The notes under the pieces: generated by a model
What the model was told of the DNA's origin: nothing
Database searches by the model: none
The model's input: only the letters and a program-made list of their open reading frames with translations
Program-made: the position numbers and the translations under genes
IMG/VR virus record: IMGVR_UViG_3300007609_000014
Span: 4,792 to 68,791 of that record
Source of the DNA: a virus
Length of the DNA: 64,000 nucleotides
Strand: one strand, 5' to 3'
In this document: positions 12,001 to 19,300 of the stretch, one piece after another
Layout: every line of letters begins with the position of its first letter
Numbering within the stretch: position 1 is the stretch's first letter

Positions 12001-13343
12001 AATGTCTTTTCATAAGTGGCTGTTGTTAAATCATACGCTGTGCCTAATCCGTATTGGTCCACTCTGTTAGCATAATCTAGGACATACAGTTTGGTTCCGT
12101 TTGAACTAAACTTTTTATTTTTCGGATTAGGAGATTGACTGGATATATTTAAGCTTACACTGTCGTAAGATGCTTCAGATACACTGTTTGGCAATATTTC
12201 TGTATAAACTGCTGTTGATATATCGTAAGCTGGATTCAAAGTATATGAGTAAATTTTAGCAGTCTGGCTGCCTAACAGATACATTTCAGTTCCGTTAGCA
12301 TTGAAGTTGACAGAGCGAACTGTTGCATCTTGGTTACTAAAGTCAAAACTCTTGCTGTCATATGTAGCAGAGTCTGGAGCAAAATTTGTAGCTAATGAAA
12401 ATTGGTGTATTGTAGTTGTTGCAAGATCTATAGTGTACATTTTAGATCCACTATCATTAAAAAACAGATTTTCAGGACTTCCTTGCAGGTATGTTTCTTT
12501 TGTGCCTATGCTGAGAATATCGTACGGAGTATTCAGATCAAACTGATAAATTATTCCGGCTGTTCCGCCAAGCATGTATATTGATGTTCCGTCGTATGAT
12601 AGAGTGATATGCTCAATATTAGTGTCTGCACAACTAAACTGTGAGAGTAACAACTCAACTGTGTCTGTTACAGTTCTTAAATCATACGAAGTACCAAGTG
12701 ACAATTGCGAAATTTTTTCATTAGTTGCAACAAAAACTTTTGTTCCGTCTGGAGAAAATTCAGCAGATTTTGTATTACTAAAACTTAGGGTGTTATTTGT
12801 AGAAGTTCCAGGAAAAGTATCACTTGTAGCAGCAAAATTAAAGCCGGCTTCTGCATCATATTTTGCAATTCGTAGTGTATAAGAATTAATCTCTTCTTGA
12901 AGCAGAACATTGCTGTCATTGTTGTGTTGTCTGTATACTGACTTTATAGGCTTATCACTGTTTATAGCTACAAACTCAAAAGAAGCTGTTGTTAAATCAT
13001 ATGCTGTGGTTAAATTATATTTTTTTAGCTCTTGGTTTACTCCAACGTATAAAATTGATCCATTATCTATAAAATCAAAGCCTCCTACTTCAGCATTAAG
13101 ATCTCCTGAAACCGAAAGGGTTATATTGTCCTGGACAATGGAAGATATATCATATGCTGTGGTTACTGAGAATTGATGGATATTCTTATCTTCTTGTGAA
13201 AGTACGAATAATTTTGTTCCATCATTATTAAACCTGAAGGATATTGGGCTGTTTACAAAACTGCCTACATCTGCTGACTTATTTGCTGTAATAATCTCTG
13301 GTGTAAGATCCGTGTCATAACATAAAATATTTGAAATTGTCAT
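1..13343 (-). CDS. Giant (>=4447 aa, 3'-truncated by window edge) multi-beta-propeller virion/adhesin-like protein with dozens of F(N/S)xDGTKL(Y/F)V...(Y/H)(Q/E)YxL(S/T)T(A/P)(Y/F)D(I/L)STA blades and two FG-GAP-type propellers
   Basis: ATG at 13343 overlaps the upstream TAA (TAATG) and translates MTISNILCYDTDLTPEIITANKSADVGSFVNSPISFRFNNDGTKLFVLSQEDKNIHQFSVTTAYDISS. Hand translation at about 3-1110, 3250-4290 and 5200-6720 is in the same frame with no stop. Any internal stop would have made the track report the upstream part, so its absence implies the frame is open to the window edge. Confidence 0.92.
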   Translation of the reverse strand, partial: MTISNILCYDTDLTPEIITANKSADVGSFVNSPISFRFNNDGTKLFVLSQEDKNIHQFSVTTAYDISSIVQDNITLSVSGDLNAEVGGFDFIDNGSILYVGVNQELKKYNLTTAYDLTTASFEFVAINSDKPIKSVYRQHNNDSNVLLQEEINSYTLRIAKYDAEAGFNFAATSDTFPGTSTNNTLSFSNTKSAEFSPDGTKVFVATNEKISQLSLGTSYDLRTVTDTVELLLSQFSCADTNIEHITLSYDGTSIYMLGGTAGIIYQFDLNTPYDILSIGTKETYLQGSPENLFFNDSGSKMYTIDLATTTIHQFSLATNFAPDSATYDSKSFDFSNQDATVRSVNFNANGTEMYLLGSQTAKIYSYTLNPAYDISTAVYTEILPNSVSEASYDSVSLNISSQSPNPKNKKFSSNGTKLYVLDYANRVDQYGLGTAYDLTTATYEKTFTFDNLLDSAESIAISDNGTKFYVLTNRAVHQFTLTTPYDITTAVSSTFIFDEISNTGAVRIENNGTKLYALDSGSGQLYQYSLASANDPSTLSYDGISFDFSNQAIAQGFDFKPDGTKMFMVANNRIYQYTLSTAFNISTATFEKVPVVGLADAELDSSRTFSVASQMPSTLDTKISAVVFGNNGNKLYVVNEDPDDSTIYQYSLSTPYDISTATYDNKSLDVESAHNSLVLSAPGALIPHDLLFNQNGTKLYVLDDRFEQILDFDLGTAFDISTASLNHLKPDNRVASGSASSAGTEYQNLDYLQTRAIRWRDNGNKFNLLANGVAMRIYTFSTDTPYRQVAFDSNPTKISQSGSLDPSTTDFAFNSDGTKLFTVINSSGRDEIREHNLSPAYDITGVNSTNHSKEVSLPTFTTTGFQFNTNGTKLFTLNNASADSRVLEMSLSSGFDINTLKTKTLPDGLTNLSGTYYKSDITFNNNGTKIYVLQGMKIKQFSLGAAYDLSTGTYDGEGDLQWNSTLFFDFRSAVWNNNGTKLYALEERLLRIYEYSVSTAYDATTISYTGNAFYHGYQDPGGMCFGDSGTKLFISDNNLNRIVQYNLSTAYDATTAGAVQSQFSPTSIDISAIDISPNGSKLTIVRENDFITYNLSTPYNLTTASLNNSSIKSRITNRVWGFHWHPNGDRFFTFNSSQGPAEYDGVSSFNVAGAEYLPVITLRDNGLIGPSNAGDFFGFDFNPSGTELYAIDSETGQVFSYKLSTPFDLNTLTGNFVTYTALYAENMRLSKSYGFTWHDNDNGFSWVSNAANDATVINDSAIPAGLVDRVQFPFDIGNDSVGFEFGDNGSKLYVSREDQIHQYSLSTPYLIDQLDQNNYEESYTPSIPGNSSVEIRDIYVTPNTDYLYIYSDQSSFTYGVYQFSLSNSNITSASYDGVRISKTGGETIDVSDDNTTLILGRSNGTIETYDLRGGFYVGNEMSSPVGIKLTNSGTRAMVLSSTADTVYQYNLSSGFDLSTTTYSNKSRSINSSFTSDLTFNDTGTIMFVTCTDGASGDSFSGEVIEYNLGTAHEINTATESSNFGIGLDSSPVSVDFSDNGTRMFALGNQHNVLLQYDLDDPYDIFPSKVNSDVFFIGRNSNLLIVKPDSIQLTSDGTKMYLGDTTRNAIDYYLLDTAFDTATAIPSPSQSVDLDNLGVTLNPIDFVINSAGDRLYVLDNLSNSVHQFTVPSIFDLSSAQYDFISTSVNSEDSSPTSLAFNNNFSKMYISGLGTDSIFQYALNGALFVGGKDNSPIGMEFLDSGTKLYVAGNETDKVHQFTLGTGFDLSTLNDYLISSPDLSSSDSNIRSFTMNSAGTQAYFAGDTTDRIYQYDLGTAYDISTASASKEIQVNFNNTTDISGVNLSGTGNSLIVSSEGNYQVYPLETNFDINSAKIHSAVLDVSSQSTDPAAFRFSETGDKLWFLSDAPSRLLYEYDLSVPNNLSTAVYNNVSGNPMTGENINFDSFQFNRSGSKIYVLEDFTNTWFQASTIAPFSVTANSDDITYAPGIDVDNFSFDRNFTKILATASNSMRVYYLNFSSLENYDYSILSSPTYPPRGFAVTSSGSKLYTLNSRENSITPVYLDTPFETNINTAAPGGGIIVDYDIQEFEVNSDGTKLFVLSKDEDIYEYDLIPEVGKIEEINGTLTTRPVTLPTSQFIDTVFNNDGTKLFVLTSADVYEYNLSTAYDLSTAIYSGISYDAPESDNLGIIFNSTGEKMFLLANNDRIYQIDLSTGFDLSTATYNNKLLNVTAQTTAANSICFNTTGSKLFVGANLGKIYEYGFTPWVEQQKLLPSDVAANDRVGTPVAIDGDILVVGGGDGTTSAGAAYVFTKSGSTWTEQQKLVASDGQQDDRGGFSVAISGDTVIFGAPGEDAGGTSAGAAYVFTTSDGGATWTQQQKLVASDASPDKYFGQSVSISGDTVVVGAYGDDQVASDAGAAYVFTRSGSTWTEQQKLVASDGQINDFFGLPVAIDGDIAIISAYGDDQGGTDAGAAYVFTRSGSTWTEQQKLVASDAESGDYFGGNLAIDGNTVIVGSPYDGSGGVNFTGPGSVYIFTTSDGGATWTQQQKLVASDGQGSDRFGQSVAVSGDRAIVGAFLEDPGIANAGAAYVFTRTGSTWSEDQKLVASDASSDASFGGGVAISGDTVAVGATGDDQGGTDAGATYIFTANDTYPDLLDVTYNTVYDLPDISNSSYFEFNPTGTELYVLDNQLLSNIPRIYRYSLSSPFIVSSAQLQGRSYVPVEPDPTDGNYRVKSLLFKDPGDTVNVITLKEILPAEIESTRNFSSIYYDGSVSPDLKGQAELPNCLRFSNDGTKMFASSFQHPTGIYQYSLTTPYDITTASYDFVVWDGKIGTTIYGGSGIDAFEFNGDGTKIYMYNNDVLFQFSLSTPYDLSNPSYDGLSYNFSLKDSDPKHAKFARFGTRLFIVGGNTDTVYQFATSNYSLGSVNDNNYFADFSNFTNLRSIALNPDASRLFVLGSDRHGVRASAIYYFDLSTPGDIRTTGNFLEYGFDEDVAVDVNFNNDGTKMYLLGKNTHTTYQYTLPAPYSLIVKQSIYGLDFDPNANTFGQALAADGNTLVVGAPEEFAISIQSGAVYIFQNINSTWTYTDKFIGTSRETFTGTSVAISGDTIVAGEPGWDNSGNQDAYKGAVQIQTSSDGGASWNFQTRLIPSDLTDPDSNGFGSGVALSGDTLVVSTNTGRFYVFTRSGTTWTERQIIEAGGGSDIAIDNNIIVSDSGNVYTTSDNGITWTLQQQLQPPTGTTAHPAISGNTIVVGSSVATVFVTDDGGESWTPQAELPEADGAPLSGIDSIAISGDTVVIGYDDIINVFTRSGSTWTEQVRPQRNAGEGTIIRTYANTVTITGNFVIGGHDIYDIIETYDISSQIYPSYDEAVFNVWSDISTDKVLFNSTGSEMIAINDVNDTIDQYTLSTPADITTALTASKQFSLSFTPKFMSWNSDGTKLIVGSYITNDRLYELTLTTAYDISTASETGVIFNITPGTLPVAVLFNNTGTKMFILDGSSDTIYQYELSNGYDISSAIYSGINVDLGALGITTNPADIQFNASGTELYYFDSTSELIHRFALNPAYDITTMVEVGIPYGRTENTNIPRGLTFFNNDFYVADGNEVYQYKSPDWSLDFTDPVYLFTGDNSAFTLTLKPDGTKLYVADTKTTGKDIYAYDLVTPFDIDTARYTGETYKISSNTSTSGLFDMEFSADGTKLFVLEGIEFGSAFIYTLTLSSAYDISSTTDMNTSTIFTTTSPVAWASFKFNNDGTKLYIGNYNFFTGEFEARVSQYNLPSPYDVQNRGDSDASITLPDLDPLILKPNSIDFNESGTMLYVHFNRGIAGIPLNQPFEIETANLYKINMYTESDNKTIYDIVVNSNQSKLFYLRSLTASSNTICQTDLQDTSSKIAYNNSTVELYNGFATSFGFRLDSTGKHVNIIDENSISIVQLELGTAFDISTAIATDKTFDVSSQETAPTSLEFDPSGSLMFVVGTASNQVHQYALSSANDVSTATFVASFDLSLVTTNPAPFDIQFNDTGSLMFILNNDTLDQQVYAYTLSVPYQIQTAVLSKILNYSDLRVDQFGTPLGINATSMLMNAVGNRLYLADSTDLKFYQYVLSIPFDLSSAEYNNEVIDIPSEVTQTTRNKFFDIDFSRKIIYFSEGRDIYQYNLVEGAFAIRPMTPAEINNLAYDVLEHLATQNQQTGNLEVTDDAGVTNTLLDTFEDTDFDPVTEQAVIESSTPFYFVDQEEYTALPSTPPDLLEYSVNGSEVSLQPSSTGRSLFEDIADIAIELMLGAGTSSPGPNTYKLVEFNESPGPGTWETVADIGDTFRIGSDPTEDISNVDFNSDGTDFVGTVQVGNFVDVDDPNSGSGTKHTMWIDQNILVSVQEITNFQDTPIGVTVRTYDINLITNTLTLIDTAVVDSQSVPVGSTGASYEVNDSLYFENTEVEFVVSVAVR
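3300..4200 (-). repeat. Degenerate FG-GAP/Asp-box beta-propeller (about 7 blades) inside the giant propeller protein
   Basis: FGQALAADGNTLVVGAPEE...GAVYIF, TGTSVAISGDTIVAGEPG...TSSDGGASW, FGSGVALSGDTLVVS...YVFTRSGTTWTE, AISGDTVVIG...VFTRSGSTWTEQ. Confidence 0.75.
5400..6545 (-). repeat. Seven FG-GAP-type repeats (about 55 aa each) with near-identical DNA scaffolds
   Basis: Repeated WT(E/Q)QQKLVASD...FGxxV(A/S)I(S/D)GD...GA.GDD....AGAAYVFT. DNA at 5855-5930 and 6020-6095 differs at 2 of 76 positions, with a further close copy from 6356. Confidence 0.9.
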
Positions 13344-16300
13344 TAATTACCCCAAATAACGTTTCCGCTACTGTCCTTAATTACTAGTTGTCGATCTTGT
13401 GAATCATAATAAGCAGATGATTTAACACTGGTAAATACTGGATTTTCAACGTTATTTAATGTACCTTTCAAAACAAATATTTTTCCGTTCATTGCTGCTT
13501 GGTTTTCTGCATTGTAAAATAATTCGCTCGGTGCATCTTGGGGAACTGTGAAAGTAATCACTCCGCTGTCTGTTCCATTGTTTGTAACCCCGTCATTGAA
13601 TGCAGACCCAGTACCTGTCGTGTTCGAGGTATTTATATAGAACGAAGTACCAGTTGCATCTATATCGAAAGTGTACGTTTTACCCGGAAGTAGGTATAAA
13701 TCAGGATTTGCGTCACTATCGGTGCCCTGTCCACTAAACAACCACGCTGATGTTCCGCTTGCTGTAACAGAGAATGATGTTTGACCTGTGCTGGGTTGCC
13801 ATTTCGACGATGTAGAATTATATACCAATGTATCGCCATTGCTAGGAGGTATAGACGATGTGTCTACATCCACTAGATCGTCTATTGAGGTATTTCCGAT
13901 GGCCGTATCAAAATCTGATTGTAGAAAATTTTCTGCAGGGACAAACTTGCTTATGGCTGAATTCCATACTAATGTATTGCCATTTGAAGGAGCAGAACTG
14001 GTAATGTCAATATCTGATAATGCATCGATACTAATGGACCCCAGTGCTGATTGCACCCTTCCGTTTGTAAAGAATAATTTAGATCCTTCTGTGATTTGGG
14101 TCGTAGTAATACCAGTTAAATTACTTCCGTCCCCTACAAAAGTACCAGAAAATTCTGTGTTTGCAGTGATTGTGTTAGCAACGATAGAGTTTGCATCAAG
14201 TTCAGTAAAAGATCCGACCGAAGGATTCACACCGCCAATGTCAGTATCATTTATTGTACCACCAGATATAATTGCATTTGCAAAAGAACTGTTACCAGTA
14301 CTGGTTATATTACCTGTGACATTTCCTGTCACAGAGCCGGTAACTGAGCCAATTAAACTTCCTAAAAATGTTCCGGCTTCAAGTGTTCCAGAACCTACAG
14401 TCCAGCGATCAGTAGCATCGTCCCATTTAAAATCAACCGGAGTGTCGTCACCTCTGTTTACTCGTATACCAGCAGTTTCTGACCCAGCTGCGCCAGTCTT
14501 ATCACTGTTTAAAACAATAATATTATCAGCAAGCTCTATTGTTTCTGAATTTATAGTTGTTGTGGTTCCGTTTACTGTAAGATTACCTGATACAATTAGA
14601 TCAGTAATAGATTGAGCAGGGGCTTGCAAGGTGCCGGTAACTGTCAAATTATCAAAAGTACTTGTGCCCGAAGTCGCTGTGACATTACCTGTTAGGTCTC
14701 CTGTAACATTACCTGTAACATTGCCCTGTAAATTTCCTACTACTCCTGAATTTGCATTTATTGTGCCGCTTGCAGTTACACCTGTAAAATTACCAACAGC
14801 AGGAGATGCTAATCCTATATCTGTTCCATCAATATTTCCGCCATTAACATCTATGTCCGCGAATGTACTTGTACCTGATGATGTTATGTCTCCAGTTACG
14901 TCGCCACTAACATTACCTGTTACATCTCCTGTGATCGGTCCGTCAAATCTTGTATCAGCAGTAATTATTGTTCCGGTTATTAATCCCGGCGAGCCTGCAC
15001 CGATTACCACACCGTCGATGGATCCTGCATTTATGTCAATATCAGCAAATGTACTTGTACTGTTACTGGTTACATCGCCTGTTAGGTTACCAAGCAGTAT
15101 ACCTGCCCTAAAAGTTGCGCCACTGCCAATATCCCATCTATCATTGTTTTCGTCCCATTCTAGTTTTGCATTACCGCCCGGTGCTTGGTCACGCTTTACG
15201 ATGATTGCCGCATTTGAGGTAGGAGCACTGCCGCTGTATGCACTTAATAACACAATTTCGTTGGTGCTGATTTCCACTGCTGAGTTGAATGTTGTAGTTG
15301 CACCGCTGACTGTTAAATCTCCCCCTACTGTGACATTGCCGCTTGCATCAATGTTTGTAAAGGCATAATTAGGAGCAGTAAGCAATCCATCAACTGTGAC
15401 ATTGTTGAATGTAACATCAGACGTTGTTTCTATAGCCTGCGGTATACTTATAACACCGTTTGTGTATGTTACACTGTTTGCGCCGCTAAGATGAGCGTTT
15501 ACCCTGGCATCTGTGTAGTATAATCTTGTTGTTCCTTCGGCTAACGCATCTGTAGTATGATTGGCGATCGAACTTACTGTACCTGTAACGTTTCCTGTTA
15601 GATTGCCGTCAAATGTCTGTGCAGATATCTCACCAGAAGCAGTAACGCTTTGAAATATTCCTGTTGAGGGATTATTTTGACCGATTGCTGTACCATCAAT
15701 ACTGCCGCCGTCGATGTCAACACTGTTGAAAGAACTTGTTCCGCCTGTTGCAGTAACATTACCTGTAACATTGCCGATTATGTTACCCTCGAACCCACTG
15801 TTAGACACAAATGCTCCACCTATAGCTTCCCATTTGTCAGTGGTTTCGTTCCAGAGTAGCTGCACATCAACAGCTGATCCGCCACCTCGATTTATGTTTA
15901 TACCAGCATTGGCACTAGGAGTGCTTCCTACATAGCCGTTACTGAGTGTGATAATGCTGTCTTCAAGTTCGATGGTTTCTGTATTCAGTGTTGTAGTGTT
16001 ACCGTTAACAGTCAAATCTCCTGTTACAGTAAGGTTTGGTACATCAATAGCTCCAACTACTGTTAAATCACCATCTACGTTAACATCATTAAAAGTAACA
16101 TTGTCGGTTGTAGCAACCGGTTGTCCAATGCTGATAGTCCCGTTAGTATATGTTACGCCTGTACCACCACTTAGATGTGCATCAACTCTGGTTGTTGTAA
16201 AATACTGTGTGCCTGATGTTGCCGTTGCAGCAGGATCTTCTGCTAAATCCGCGGTGGTATGATTGCTTATGCTTGATACCGTTCCTGTAAGGTCGCCAAC

Positions 16301-19300
16301 AAGAGATCCTGTTGCTGTTATAATATCAGCTGTTACTTCACCGGTTGCAGTAGTAATGTTGCCGCTAGCAGTTACGGTTGTAAAGTTTCCGGAGCTAGGA
16401 GAAGTATTACCAATTTGTGTAGAGTTAATTGTGCCGCCTGTTATAGTTACGCTGGAGCTGGTTACAGGACCATCAAAAGATCCGGTTATTCCAGCATTAG
16501 CATCTATTTCTGTAAAGTTGCCCGCGGCTCTAGTTGATGCTCCTATCACAGTGTTGTCTATGGTACCGCCATTAATATCTACCGTGTTAAACGAAGAGTT
16601 TGTGCCTGTGCTTACGATGTCGCCAATAAACTTTTCTGCTTCAAAATCCTGAGCATCTACACTCCATCTAGTGTTTGTTCCGTCCCAAAACAGTTGCACA
16701 TTAGGACTGTCTCCGCGTTCTACTTCAATGCCTGCATTAGCAGTGTCTACTCCGGTTGCACCTTTGTTTACAGTTACAAACGGTTCGTCAAACGTTACTG
16801 TGCCCGATGCGTTAAAATCACCTATTTGGAAAACTTGTAAGTTGGTAGTGCCAGTCACAACCAGATCGTCAAACGTGGCTGTGGTTCCGTTTTCTCCTTG
16901 GATGTCACCGCTAAATGTAACACCAGCATTAAATTGAGCAATGTTAAACGTAGATGTTCCTGTGGAAGTAACGTTGCCTGTTAAATTACCGGAAACATTT
17001 CCATCCAAATCTCCCACAAACTGTGTATCTGCTGTGATTGTGGTGCCGGTTATAAGAGCAGGCGTTGTTCCGCCAATTGGCGTGCTGTCAATAGAGCCAC
17101 CTGTGATAGTGGCATTACTTGATGTAAGATTACTTACAGTAACAGTTCCAATTGTTCCACCGTTAATTGCGTCACCTGATATTTGATCGTTTGCTAAAGT
17201 AAGTGTAGCCGCACTTACATCTATATTTTGTCCTGCTCCTACCGTCACATTACCTTCGAAATCGCCATATGCAGTACCGAATTGCAGATCTGCTGTTTCA
17301 GTACTCCATCTGCCTGCACCCTCGTTCCAAAGGAAACTTCTTACACCGTCGCCTCCTCGCCAGACTTCAATTCCGCCGGTTGCTCCTGCTGTAGCATTAC
17401 TGTTTACTCGAATTATGTTATCGGCAAGATCAATCTGCTCTGTGCTCACAGTAGTTACAGAACCCTGTACTTCTAAGTCACCTGCGACTGTTAAATTGTT
17501 GCCCACAGTCAGGTTACCGCTCGTAGTAACTGTAGTGAACGAACCAGTTGATGCTATGCCAGTACCAATTGCACCGTCTAGGTTGCCGAAAATAGTTCCG
17601 CCTACACTTAATGATTCAGATCCAGTTGTCCATCTGTTTTCTGACTCGTCCCAGTAAAAGCTAACATCATTGTCACTGCCTCGGTTAACAGTAAATCCTA
17701 CATCTTCGGTGGCGGCGGTAGCATTGTCTACATCCGAATTAAGTATTATAAATGGGTCTGCAATATTAACATCGCCTGCTACTGTAAGGTTTGCACCAAT
17801 TGTCAAACTTCCTGAAATGCTCAAGTCAGTGAAGTCCAAGTTACCTTGAACTACAAGATCATTCAGCGTTGTTGTGCCAGATGTTGCTGACATATCACCA
17901 GTAACATTTAAAGTTGAAAATTGCGATGTGCCAGAAACTGCTGTTACGTTGCCTGCCAAGTTACCTGTAACACCTGCTAATGCAGAAATATTACCGGTGG
18001 CAGAAATTGTAGTAAAGTTACCTGCAGCAGGTGTACTATTACCTATTCTAGTGCCGTCAATATCGCCGCCGCCAATTGAAACTGTATCAATAGTGCCTGT
18101 GCCTGTTACATTTAAATTATTGAGATTTGATGTTCCTAGAGTGGTGCTTATATTTCCTTCAACATCTCCTGTTACCGCACCTACTAAATCTGCGGTTATT
18201 GTTCCTGCATTAAAATCTCCATTAAAATCCCTACTAACTATTGTGTCTTGGTTATTAGATGCAGTTGCATTTGATGTGATAATGTAGGCAGTGCCGTCGT
18301 CTGCACTGGGTGCATTAATTGATAATCCTACGCCTGACACAGCAACAGTGCTCGCGTATTGCCCCACAGTTTGAGTACCTAGTGTAACTGTGTTGTTTTC
18401 AATAGTTGTTGCGACTGTGGCTGTGTCGCCGCCATCTTGGAATGTGGCTGTGCCAGTTACTGGTCCAGTAAGATCGACTGTTACAGCAGAACTTAGCCCA
18501 TCGGCTGTGTCTGCATTTCCAGTAACATTGCCCGTTACGTTTCCTGCTAAGTTTCCTGTGAAGCCGCCGGTGGCTTGAATTGTGGTGCCCACAATAGGTT
18601 GAGCGCCACCTGTCAGGTTGCCTATAGGCGTGTTTAATATGGTGCCACCGGTAATACCAACAGTGTCTGAGTTAAAAGCAACACCGGTTGCAACTGTAAC
18701 AGCATTGTTGAATGTTGTAGTGCCTGTAACTGCCAGTGTTCCGCCCACTGTTAAACTTGCCAAGGTATCATTGCCTGCTGTGGAGTTGATATTTCCTATA
18801 AAAGTATTTGCAGTAATCGAACTGGCTGCAAAATCTCCACTTGAGTCTCTGAATACAAGCGTGCTTTGGGTATTTGCTGGAGTTGCATTTGATGTTATTG
18901 TGTATGCAGTCCCGTCAGATGCATTAGGCGAAGTTGCTGACAGTCCATTACCCGTTACTTCCACAGTGCTGGCAAATTGCCCCACAGTGTCTGTGCCAAG
19001 TGCAACTGAGTTAGCCTGAATGACGGCAGCTATGTTTACATCTGCGGCGCCGTCGAAACTCACACTGCCCACAACATCTCCGCTCAGTTCAATAGTTCTT
19101 GTGGTTTCTAAACGTGTAGCCGTGTCTGCATTTCCGGTTACGTCACCTGTAATATCACCTGTGATGTTACCTGAGACATTTCCTATAAAATTTGCGGCTA
19201 CTACATCGTTGCTTCCAAATGTCCAGTAATCATTTGCTTCGTCCCACACGAATGTTACGTCTGTTTCTGAGCCTCTGTTAATTGAAATACCTGCATTGGT

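Noticed and set aside
1-13343. Stop-codon recoding or pseudogene as the explanation for the ORF-free first 13 kb
   Set aside because: The frame is open in the standard code wherever translated and simply lacks a stop inside the window. TAG (39992) and TGA (54269) end genes at plausible positions, the TAG matching the end of its paralogue.
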